From an uncultured Eubacteriales bacterium (GTDB lineage Bacteria > Bacillota > Clostridia > Oscillospirales > CAG-272): a stretch of DNA of 64,000 nt. Shown here in pieces: positions 17,556 to 25,850 of the stretch. Location: assembly GCA_948467545.1 (NCBI GenBank), contig CAOKER010000001.1:287477-351476 (forward strand), written 5' to 3'. The translations under genes were made by a program, and so were the position numbers. Within the stretch, counting starts at the first letter, position 1, and each line of letters opens with the position of its first letter. The notes beneath the pieces were generated by a model that searched no databases, was not told the origin of the DNA, and saw only the letters and a list, made by a program, of their open reading frames with translations.

Positions 17556-17790
17556 AGAAACGGCAGGTATCCTGACTTATGATTCAGCGAATTATCATAT
17601 TATTAATTATATAATTTATTAATTACACGATAAAATTAATCATACAATGGATTCACACAGGGCGGCGCCTTCTCAGGACAGATTTTTCCCAATGGCTTTT
17701 GCGCCCCTATCTCGTCAAATACAGTAATGGCGGTTGTTCCGGATTCGAACCGGATTCCCTTTTTATCTACTCAGTATACAACTTTTCAAA
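17556..17790 (-). promoter_or_regulatory. Cobalamin (AdoCbl) riboswitch
   Basis: Minus strand reads AGGGAATCCGGTTCGAATCCGGAACAACCGCCATTACTGTA ... GCCATTGGG ... GAGAAGGCG ... and the B12 box AAGTCAGGATACCTGCCGTT (plus 17561..17578). Order and spacing match the consensus, apart from an AT-rich ~75-nt insertion before the B12 box. Confidence 0.8.
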
Positions 17791-17825
17791 CCGTATCTTC
17801 TAATATCAGTTATTAAATTTTTACC

Positions 17826-17854
17826 ATTATATCACTTTTACGGTTTTTTTGCAA
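17826..17854 (-). promoter_or_regulatory. Sigma-70 promoter driving the riboswitch and operon
   Basis: Minus strand TTGCAA, 17-nt spacer, TATAAT. Confidence 0.7.
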
Positions 17855-17948
17855 GATGATAAAACGTACAAATCTGTGAAAAAACACAACCGATTTTTAA
17901 TGAGATAAACATTTGTCGGATACAATTTTACTTTTTTGTTATTTTAAG

Positions 17949-17977
17949 TTTACTTTTTTATTATTATGTGCTATAAT
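17949..17977 (+). promoter_or_regulatory. Candidate extended -10 promoter for the teichoic-acid/lic locus
   Basis: TTTACT, 17 nt, TGCTATAAT. It would give a ~325-nt 5' leader before the ATG at 18303. Confidence 0.5.
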
Positions 17978-18041
17978 GGGGCTGTTGCTCATAAAGTTTT
18001 TGTTTGCTAAAGCTCCTGCAAACTCGGTTTTGCCTCTTAAA

Positions 18042-18090
18042 GCGGCGATTTTGCGGCAATTATGCGGCAATTTGCGGTGATTTTGCGGCG
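18042..18090 (+). repeat. Five helically phased (10-11 bp) TGCGGC repeats in the 5' leader
   Basis: aGCGGCgattt TGCGGCaatta TGCGGCaatt TGCGGTgattt TGCGGCg. GCGG starts at 18042, 18053, 18064, 18074, 18085. Confidence 0.8.
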
Positions 18091-18302
18091 AAAGCTACCG
18101 AATCATTTCGGTTATTCCGAAAGCACGCGGCGCAATGCCGCTAAGTAAAAGCTCTGCGCAGACAAGTTTCTTTGTTACTGCTTGCAGAGGAGGTTTTGAG
18201 CGGCGAAACGCCGATTCATTGTAAGATACTTTGAAGTCGGGATGTTTATGAGAACATTGAACTTAAAAAATATTAGATTTAAATTTTTAAGAGGAAAACA
18301 TT

Positions 18303-19550
18303 ATGAGACTATACATTGATCCGGGAACCGGAAGCATGCTGTTCGCGATTTTAATCGGAATTATAGGAGCTTTGAATTATCTTCTGAAGAACTGGATAGT
18401 AAAGCTGCGTTTTATACTAAGCGGAGGAAAAAAGGTTGAAACAAATTCAAAGAAGATACCGTTTGTAATATTTTCCGACGATAAAAGATACTGGAATGTG
18501 TTTGAGCCTGTTTGCCGCGAATTTGATAAGCGCGGAACCGATATTGTTTATATGACGGCGTCCTCGGACGATCCGGCGCTTAACTGCGATTATAAGCATG
18601 TAAAGGGCGAATTTATCGGTGAACACAATAAGGCCTTTGCAAAGCTCAATTTTCTTAACGCGTCGATAGTTGTTTCGAGTACGCCAGGGCTTGACGTTTA
18701 CCAGTGGAAGCGTTCAAAGGATGTTCAGTGCTATGTACATATGCTGCATGCGGCAACCGAGGTGGCAGGATACCGCATGTTCGGAATAGATTATTATGAC
18801 GCTCTGCTGCTTTCCGCGGACTACCAGGAAAGAGACGTCAGAAATTTGGAGAAGCTGCGCGGACTTCCCGAAAAGGAGCTTGTCAAAATCGGGATTCCTT
18901 ATATGGATGAAATGGCGGAAAGGCTTAGGACAAGCCCTGATACAGCGCCTCACGAGCGAACTGTTTTGCTTGCTCCGTCGTGGGGAAAAAGCTCAATTTT
19001 CGGAAAATTCGGCGGCAAAATTATAGATGTGCTGCTTAAAACAGGGTATCACATTATTGTGCGCCCGCATCCGCAGTCTTTTACCGCCGAAAAGGAGCTT
19101 ATGGATAAGATAATGCGGGAATTTCCGGAATCCGATCGGCTTGAGTGGAACCGTGACAATGATAATTTTGAGGTGCTTAAACGTTCCGATATTATGATTT
19201 CAGACTTTTCGGGTGTTATTTTTGATTTTGCGCTTGTATATGACAAGCCGGTGATATATGCCGACACCGAATTTGACAAAAGCCCGTATGACGCGTGGTG
19301 GCTTGATACTCCGTTCTGGACGTTTACGGCACTTCCTCGGATAGGAAAGAAGCTGACCGCCGACAATCTTGCGTCATTAAAGGATATGATAGATGCCTGC
19401 CTTACCGAAACGGAATATGAGCGGGGAAGACAGGCGGTGCGTGAAGAGACATGGGCATACAGAGGCGAAGGTACAAAGCGGGCTGTCGATTATCTGCTGA
19501 ACAAATACAGTGAACTTACTTCGCCGGTGACAAAAGAAAAAACGCTTTGA
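18303..19550 (+). CDS. CDP-glycerol glycerophosphotransferase (TagB/TagF) family protein with N-terminal TM helix
   Basis: 415 aa. LLAPSWGKSS, HIIVRPHPQS and ISDFSGVIFDFALVYDKPVIYAD match the TagF-family catalytic region. RBS GAGGAAAA before the ATG. Confidence 0.75.
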   Translation: MRLYIDPGTGSMLFAILIGIIGALNYLLKNWIVKLRFILSGGKKVETNSKKIPFVIFSDDKRYWNVFEPVCREFDKRGTDIVYMTASSDDPALNCDYKHVKGEFIGEHNKAFAKLNFLNASIVVSSTPGLDVYQWKRSKDVQCYVHMLHAATEVAGYRMFGIDYYDALLLSADYQERDVRNLEKLRGLPEKELVKIGIPYMDEMAERLRTSPDTAPHERTVLLAPSWGKSSIFGKFGGKIIDVLLKTGYHIIVRPHPQSFTAEKELMDKIMREFPESDRLEWNRDNDNFEVLKRSDIMISDFSGVIFDFALVYDKPVIYADTEFDKSPYDAWWLDTPFWTFTALPRIGKKLTADNLASLKDMIDACLTETEYERGRQAVREETWAYRGEGTKRAVDYLLNKYSELTSPVTKEKTL

Positions 19551-19580
19551 GTATATACGAAAGGAACGGAAAAAAACAAA

Positions 19581-22340
19581 ATGTCTTTTTGGACTATTAT
19601 AAATACACTTTTATTCAAACCGCTTCAGTTGGTTTTTGAAGTGATCTATATGATAGCGTACAGGGTTATTGACAATCCGGGACTTGCTATCATTGTGCTC
19701 AGTCTGGTTATGAATTTTTTGGTTCTTCCTCTGTATAAGCGCGCGGACGCTATGCAGGAGGAGGAGCGTGATATGGAGATAAAGCTGCGCAGGGGTGTAT
19801 CTCATATTAAAAAAACGTTCAGCGGCGACGAACGTATGATGATGCTTCAGACGTATTACCGTCAGAATAATTATAAGCCCACATACGTGCTTCGCGGAGC
19901 TGTTTCGTTGTTTTTGGAGATACCCTTTTTTATTGCGGCGTACCGTTTTCTTTCGGGCCTTGAGCTTTTGGGCGGAGTTTCTTTCGGTCCAATCGCCGAT
20001 CTCGGAAAGCCTGACGGAATGTTGGTTATTGCGGGAAGAGCTTTCAATATCCTTCCGGTTATTATGACGGCTATCAATCTGATTTCATGCATGATTTTTA
20101 CAAAGGGAAGCTCTTTAAAGCAAAAAATTCAGCTTTATGCCATGGCTGTATTTTTCTTGGTATTTTTGTATTCATCTCCGTCCGGACTTGTTTTCTACTG
20201 GACGCTTAACAATACTTTTTCGCTGATTAAGACTATTTTTTACAAATTGAAAAATCCAATGAAAGTTTTGAGCGTTCTTTTCTCGGCATGCGGTATCGGA
20301 GTGCTTGTATTCGGACTTTTCTTCTATAAATTTCCCACTCTCAGAAGAACGGTATTCTTTATAGCTCTCGGAATACTGCTTCAGCTTCCTCTTGTGTATA
20401 CCATGCTTAAAAACAAAGTTAATTTCAATTTAAAAATTGCGGAAGGGGAATACAATAAAAAAGTGTTTTTTGCCGGCGGAATATTTCTGTCCGTGCTTAC
20501 GGGAGTATTGATTCCGTCCGCGGTTATGAAGTCGTCGCCGCAGGAATTCGTAGATATAAATTATTTTTACAATCCCATATGGTTTATTGTAAGCTCATTT
20601 TGTCTCGCTTTCGGTATTTTTGTTATTTGGATGGGCGTTTTCTACTGGTTGGCAAAGCCGTCCGTCAAGCCGTTGTTTGACAGGGCGGTCTGGATTCTCT
20701 CCGGGGCGGCGCTTATAAACTATATGTTTTTCGGGAGAAATCTCGGTCTTTTGAGTGCAAGCCTTAAGTATGAAAACGGTTTGAATTTCAGTTTAAAGCA
20801 GCAGCTTATAAATGCGGCAATCATATTGGCGGCTGCGGCTGTTCTATATATTATAGCAAAGTTCGGAAGAAAAAGAATTTTTGATATTTTGGTTATTTTT
20901 ACCGTGGCAATCGTCGGAATGTCCGCGTACAATATCGTAAATATAAATTCTTCTGTCAGCGGTATCAAAGCTCAGGCGGCGGCTAACAAATCAGAAAATC
21001 CCGGATTTACGCTTAGCAAGAACGGCAAAAATGTTATTGTTCTCATGCTTGACAGAGCTATGGGACAATATGTTCCGTATATCTTCAACGAGAAACCGGA
21101 GCTTAAGGAGCAGTTCTCCGGCTTTACTTACTATTCAAACGTCATATCCTTCGGAGGCCAGACGAATTTCGGTTCTCCAGCTCTGTTTGGAGGCTATGAA
21201 TATACTCCTTATGAAATGAACAAGAGAAGCAGTGAATCACTTAGGGAAAAGCACAACGAAGCTCTGAAGGTAATGCCTGTGCTGTTCGATAAAAATGATT
21301 TTGATGTTACCGTGTGCGATCCTCCTTATGCGAATTATCAGTGGATACCGGATTTGTCAATTTATGATGAGTATCCCGGCATCAGCAAATATATAACCAA
21401 AGGGAAATTCGGTGATGTTTCATCTAAGGAGGGCTTTGTACAAAGTAATTCAAGAAATTTCTTCTGCTATGGAATTTTAAAAGCAGCGCCGCTTTGTCTT
21501 CAGGAGATCATGTACGATCGCGGAAACTATAACCAGAGCGGTTCTGTGCAGGAGGAAATATATTCCGGACAAACGACAGACGGCACGCTTACTTCGACAG
21601 GTATAAGTCAGGCATTCATGGAATGCTATAATGTTTTGTCGAATCTTCCCGGAATCACCGAGGTTTCGGACGGGACCGAAAATACGTTTTTAATGATGTC
21701 GAACGATATAACTCATGAGCCCATGATGCTGCAGGAGCCGGAATACACGCCGTCAAACAATGTTGACAACAGCGAATATGAGAAAAATAATAAAGACAGG
21801 TTTACTCTTAACGGAAAAACCTTGAAAATGGAAACGGAGCAGCAGGTGATTCATTATCAGACCAATATGGCTACAATGCTTCAGCTGGGAAAATGGTTTG
21901 ACTATATGCGCGAAAACGGAGTATACGACAACACAAGAATAATTTTAGTATCCGACCACGGGAGACTGCTTGAACATTCAGATGAGCTTATGCTGGATGA
22001 CGGTATGGATTTGGCATATTATTATCCGCTTCTGATGGTTAAGGACTTTAACGGCAGCGGATTTGTGATAAGCGATGAGTTTATGACAAACGGCGACGTA
22101 CCGACCTTGGCTGTCGGCGGAATCATTGAAGAGCCGGTAAATCCTTTTACCGGCAAGCTGATAAACTCCGACGAAAAAACAGCGCATGATCAGTATGTTA
22201 TAGCTTCGTTTGCATGGGATGTAAACGTAAATAACGGAAATAAATTTCTTCCGTCGAAGTGGTACTCTGTCCACGACAATATGTTAAACAGGGATAACTG
22301 GACGGTCGTTCAGGAATCGGATATTCTGCCCGAGGAATAA
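19581..22340 (+). CDS. Fusion protein: YidC/Oxa1-like insertase domain, then extra polytopic membrane region, then C-terminal alkaline-phosphatase/sulfatase-superfamily domain
   Basis: 919 aa. N-terminus has PGLAIIVLSLVMNFLVLPLYKR ... GLVFYWTLNNTFSLIKT (YidC signatures). Several more TM helices follow. C-terminus has NVIVLMLDRAMGQY ... ILVSDHG (sulfatase/LtaS-like metal-site motifs). Confidence 0.7.
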   Translation: MSFWTIINTLLFKPLQLVFEVIYMIAYRVIDNPGLAIIVLSLVMNFLVLPLYKRADAMQEEERDMEIKLRRGVSHIKKTFSGDERMMMLQTYYRQNNYKPTYVLRGAVSLFLEIPFFIAAYRFLSGLELLGGVSFGPIADLGKPDGMLVIAGRAFNILPVIMTAINLISCMIFTKGSSLKQKIQLYAMAVFFLVFLYSSPSGLVFYWTLNNTFSLIKTIFYKLKNPMKVLSVLFSACGIGVLVFGLFFYKFPTLRRTVFFIALGILLQLPLVYTMLKNKVNFNLKIAEGEYNKKVFFAGGIFLSVLTGVLIPSAVMKSSPQEFVDINYFYNPIWFIVSSFCLAFGIFVIWMGVFYWLAKPSVKPLFDRAVWILSGAALINYMFFGRNLGLLSASLKYENGLNFSLKQQLINAAIILAAAAVLYIIAKFGRKRIFDILVIFTVAIVGMSAYNIVNINSSVSGIKAQAAANKSENPGFTLSKNGKNVIVLMLDRAMGQYVPYIFNEKPELKEQFSGFTYYSNVISFGGQTNFGSPALFGGYEYTPYEMNKRSSESLREKHNEALKVMPVLFDKNDFDVTVCDPPYANYQWIPDLSIYDEYPGISKYITKGKFGDVSSKEGFVQSNSRNFFCYGILKAAPLCLQEIMYDRGNYNQSGSVQEEIYSGQTTDGTLTSTGISQAFMECYNVLSNLPGITEVSDGTENTFLMMSNDITHEPMMLQEPEYTPSNNVDNSEYEKNNKDRFTLNGKTLKMETEQQVIHYQTNMATMLQLGKWFDYMRENGVYDNTRIILVSDHGRLLEHSDELMLDDGMDLAYYYPLLMVKDFNGSGFVISDEFMTNGDVPTLAVGGIIEEPVNPFTGKLINSDEKTAHDQYVIASFAWDVNVNNGNKFLPSKWYSVHDNMLNRDNWTVVQESDILPEE

Positions 22341-22376
22341 GCTGAGTTATGGACTTTTTTGAGGGAGGCGTCGAAA

Positions 22377-23255
22377 ATGAGCTTTAAAGTGGACAATGCG
22401 GTAATTATGGCGGCCGGAGTATCCAGTCGTTTTGCCCCGCTGTCGTATGAAAAACCTAAGGCGCTGATAGACGTGAGGGGCGAGGTATTAATTGAACGTC
22501 AGATACGTCAGCTTAAGGAAGCCGGAATAGATGAAATTATTGTTGTTACCGGATATATGAAGGAACGGTTTTATTATCTTGAGGACAAGACGGGTGTGCA
22601 TATCATTGAAAACAATGACTACAATATCCGAAACAACAATTCAAGTATATATGCTGCGAGAAAATATCTCAGGAATACATATATTTGTTCGGCAGACAAT
22701 TATTTTGTGAAAAACCCTTTTGAGCCGGAAGTCGATGATTCATATTACGCTGCCGTATATGCTGACGGCGCGACGAAGGAATGGTGTATGGAAGTCGGAA
22801 ACGACGGATATGTCAACCATGTTCAAATCGGAGGAAGCAACGCATGGTATATGTTGGGACATGTGTTCTGGAACGAAGAATTCAGCAGAAAATTTACGGA
22901 TATTCTTTTGTCCGAGTATGAGCTTCCGGAAACCGCAGGACTGCTTTGGGAGTCAATTTATATGAAGCATCTTGATGAGCTTAAGCTGAGAATAAGGCGG
23001 TATGACAGCAGCTTTATTTTTGAATTTGACAGTCTTGAGGAGCTCAGAATGTTTGACACAAGCTATATCGGCGACACAAGATCGGCGATTCTGAAGCGGA
23101 CGGCCGCCGAACTTGGCTGCGGTGAGGCTGAAATTACCGATATTTCCGCCGTCAAAGGAAAGTCGGGAGCGGAGGCCGTCGGTTTTGAGTTTTCTTACGG
23201 AAATTCAAGGTATGAATTTGATTATAGAAAAGGGAAATTTAAAATAATTACATAA
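22377..23255 (+). CDS. licC: LicC-like nucleotidyltransferase (putative choline-phosphate cytidylyltransferase)
   Basis: Start MSFKVDNAVIMAAGVSSRFAPLSYEKPKAL after GAGGGAGG. NTP-transferase G-loop. Context with a LicA-like kinase and a LicB-like permease. Confidence 0.7.
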   Translation: MSFKVDNAVIMAAGVSSRFAPLSYEKPKALIDVRGEVLIERQIRQLKEAGIDEIIVVTGYMKERFYYLEDKTGVHIIENNDYNIRNNNSSIYAARKYLRNTYICSADNYFVKNPFEPEVDDSYYAAVYADGATKEWCMEVGNDGYVNHVQIGGSNAWYMLGHVFWNEEFSRKFTDILLSEYELPETAGLLWESIYMKHLDELKLRIRRYDSSFIFEFDSLEELRMFDTSYIGDTRSAILKRTAAELGCGEAEITDISAVKGKSGAEAVGFEFSYGNSRYEFDYRKGKFKIIT

Positions 23256-23304
23256 AGTATTTTTGCGGGACTTGGCGGTATACATTTTTATATATAAAGC
23301 AAAC

Positions 23305-23412
23305 TGTCCGCCGCTTCTTTCGCGTTTCGCGGCGGGCCGGCCGAGCTTTTTGGGACGGCGGTGCAATCCGCCGCTGAATTTCTAAATGACGGCGCTTTGC
23401 GTCTTATTAAAA
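23305..23412 (+). repeat. Dispersed intergenic GC-rich repeat, copy A (licC-licA spacer)
   Basis: CCGCCGC..GCGGCGGG CCGGCCGAGCTTTTT GGGACGGCGG..CCGCCGC .. GACGGCGCTTTGCGTCTTATTAAAA. Shares modular order with the copies listed below. Confidence 0.65.
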
Positions 23413-23427
23413 GGGAGGATTTTTAAA

Positions 23428-24324
23428 ATGGCAAAGGAAATCGTGCAGGAGGATCTATGCAGGGTAAGGAATCTGCTCGATGAAGTAATCGGAAAATCGG
23501 ATTATTCTGAAATTTCGAGAATGGGCGGACTTACCAACCGTACGTACAAAGTAAAATTTGCGGACGGAGAGGGGTATGTTGTCAGAATTCCCGGGGAAGG
23601 AACTGAGGAGCTTATAGTACGTGGTAACGAAAAAATAAGCACGGAGCTTGCGTGCCGTCTGGGAATAGATGCCGAGCTGCTTTATTTCGGCAGCGACGGC
23701 TCTAAGGTTACAAGGCTGATACCGAACGCCGTAACGATGTCGGCTGAGTCGATGCGGAGCAGAGAACATATCGTAAAGGCTGCCGCCGTATTTAAAAAGC
23801 TGCACGCAAGCGGCGAGGATACCGGAGTTCCGTTTGAAGTATTTGATATGGCGGGCGGATATGAAAAAATCATAAGTGACAAAAATGTCGATATGTATGA
23901 CGATTATTCTGATGTAAAAGCCGCCGTCATGAAAATCAAGGCCGAGGTTGACAGTATATGCAATATTAAAAAAGTTCCGTGTCATAACGATGCTTTGTGC
24001 GAAAACTGGGTGATGTCCGGCGGAGATAGAATGTATCTGATTGATTGGGAATATGCCGGCATGAACGACGGTATCTGGGATCTTGCGGATGTGTCTATCG
24101 AAGCTTCATATGAACGCTCCCATGACGAAATGTTTTTGACGGAGTATCTCGGCAGAAAACCGGAGGAAGCGGACTGGAAGCATTTTCAAGCGAATAAGCT
24201 CTACGTAGATTATCTGTGGACGCTGTGGGCAAAAACCAGAGTTCCGTACGACGGTCAGCCGATGGAGGACTGGGCGTGCGAGAGATACGAGAGACTGAAG
24301 CGCAATTTAAAGACGTGTATTTGA
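23428..24324 (+). CDS. licA: Choline/ethanolamine kinase family protein (LicA-like)
   Basis: Start MAKEIVQ after AAGGGAGG. Brenner/APH motifs HNDALCENW and LIDWEYAGMNDGIWDLAD. Confidence 0.75.
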   Translation: MAKEIVQEDLCRVRNLLDEVIGKSDYSEISRMGGLTNRTYKVKFADGEGYVVRIPGEGTEELIVRGNEKISTELACRLGIDAELLYFGSDGSKVTRLIPNAVTMSAESMRSREHIVKAAAVFKKLHASGEDTGVPFEVFDMAGGYEKIISDKNVDMYDDYSDVKAAVMKIKAEVDSICNIKKVPCHNDALCENWVMSGGDRMYLIDWEYAGMNDGIWDLADVSIEASYERSHDEMFLTEYLGRKPEEADWKHFQANKLYVDYLWTLWAKTRVPYDGQPMEDWACERYERLKRNLKTCI

Positions 24325-24378
24325 CAGAGTAGTGTGTGTGCCGAATGGCTTGCGCGCTGGAAAGGTTTTGGAATTAAT

Positions 24379-25323
24379 ATGAGTTATGGAATTTTTGCGG
24401 GCATTACATGGGCGCTGGAAACAGTTATTTTGGGCATTGCATTGGCAATGGCACCGTTTATTTCCACAGAGCAGGCAATTTTTCTCGCCCCGTTTGTAAG
24501 TACGTTTATTCACGACTTTTTCTCCGCAATTTGGGCGACGATTTACAACGGAGTTCGGGGGAATTTGAAAAATGTCTGGAAAGCTTTTAAAACCAAAAGC
24601 GGAAAATTTGTCGCACTTGCCGCGGTAATCGGCGGACCGATAGGGATGACCGGATATGTAATGTCTATAAATTATATGGGTGCTTCTATCGGAGCTGTTG
24701 CGAGCGCGGTTTTTCCCGCGATCGGTGTGATTTTGGCTTTCTTTTTTCTCAAGGAAAAAATGCAGTGGTACCGTTGGGTGCTGTTAGTCGTTACTTTGCT
24801 CGGCGTTTACGGCTTAAGCTATTCTCCGGAATTGAATATTTCAAATTTTCTGCTCGGCATATGCGGAGCATTGATGTGTGCATTCGGATGGGGAATTGAA
24901 GCTGTCATTCTTGCAAAATGCATGCAGGATCCTGAGGTAAAGGATGAATATGCTCTCCAGATTCGTCAAACTACATCGGCTCTTGTATACGGCGTTATTA
25001 TTATTCCCGTACTGAGGGGATGGGGATTTACAGTGAGTCTCTTTACCTCTGGAACGGGATGGCTTATTCCTGTAATTGTATTAGCGGCGTTATTTGCAAC
25101 GGTTTCGTATTTGTGCTATTACAGAGCAATCGCGTCTATAGGTGCGTCAAAAGCTATGGCGTTAAATGTTACATATGCTGCGTGGGCTATTTTGTTTACC
25201 GTTTTGATTTTACGCGATACCAGTGTTTTGACTCCGATGACAATAATCTGCTCTGTTATCGTTATTGTTTGCGGTATATTTGCGGCTGCGGACTTTAAGG
25301 ATTTATTTTCAAGAAAAAAATAG
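24379..25323 (+). CDS. licB: EamA/DMT-family permease (LicB-like choline transporter)
   Basis: About 314 aa, 10 predicted TM helices in two EamA-like halves. Follows licA. Confidence 0.65.
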   Translation: MSYGIFAGITWALETVILGIALAMAPFISTEQAIFLAPFVSTFIHDFFSAIWATIYNGVRGNLKNVWKAFKTKSGKFVALAAVIGGPIGMTGYVMSINYMGASIGAVASAVFPAIGVILAFFFLKEKMQWYRWVLLVVTLLGVYGLSYSPELNISNFLLGICGALMCAFGWGIEAVILAKCMQDPEVKDEYALQIRQTTSALVYGVIIIPVLRGWGFTVSLFTSGTGWLIPVIVLAALFATVSYLCYYRAIASIGASKAMALNVTYAAWAILFTVLILRDTSVLTPMTIICSVIVIVCGIFAAADFKDLFSRKK

Positions 25324-25626
25324 TTTTTATAATATTACAACATTATAACGCGTTAAATTGATTCAAGAAGCCGGTCTCGTTCTATTAAGTATGGGGCCGG
25401 CATTTTTCGGTGAGTTTTACGGATGTATCGGAAAAATGTGAGCTGCGGCGCGCGAAAGCTAAAAGCGGCGATGTAAGTTGTACTTTATCCGGAATTGTTT
25501 TTATCCGATTGCGCATTTATTTTGGACGTTTATTGTTTTATAACATGCCGAAAACGTTTTCGGAAAGCAAGAAAGCGAAATCATAAATTACGTTCTGCGA
25601 AAACAGGATTATTTTTCAAAATTATA

Positions 25627-25655
25627 TTGACAAACAACAGCTTTTGTGGTACAAT
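25627..25655 (+). promoter_or_regulatory. Sigma-70 promoter of tRNA-His
   Basis: TTGACA, 17 nt, TACAAT. It ends about 18 nt before the tRNA. Confidence 0.7.
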
Positions 25656-25672
25656 AATATTGTTCTAAGTAT

Positions 25673-25750
25673 GGTGGGTGTAGCTCAGTTGATTAGAGCG
25701 CCAGGTTGTGGCCCTGGAGGTCGTGGGTTTGAGCCCCATCATTCACCCCA
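25673..25750 (+). tRNA. tRNA-His (anticodon GTG) with encoded G-1 and CCA
   Basis: Manual fold: acceptor GTGGGTG/CATTCAC, D arm GCTCAGTTGATTAGAGC, anticodon stem CCAGG/CCTGG with loop TTGTGGC, T arm GTGGG-TTTGAGC-CCCAT. An extra 5' G pairs with discriminator C, which is His-specific. 3' CCA present. Confidence 0.9.
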
Positions 25751-25754
25751 TATC

Positions 25755-25784
25755 AGAGCAAGTCCCATGACTTGCTCTTTTTTA
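25755..25784 (+). terminator. Intrinsic terminator after tRNA-His
   Basis: AGAGCAAGTC-CCAT-GACTTGCTCT followed by TTTTTT. Confidence 0.85.
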
Positions 25785-25810
25785 ATGTTTTAGTATATAA
25801 ATGTAATAAA

Positions 25811-25843
25811 AGTCAGACACATATATAAGGTGTCTGACTTTTT
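25811..25843. terminator. Bidirectional hairpin terminator
   Basis: AGTCAGACAC-loop-GTGTCTGACT with a T-run on the plus strand and TTTTATT on the minus strand. Could serve the minus-strand Na/Pi transporter gene. Confidence 0.6.
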
Positions 25844-25850
25844 GCTTTAG

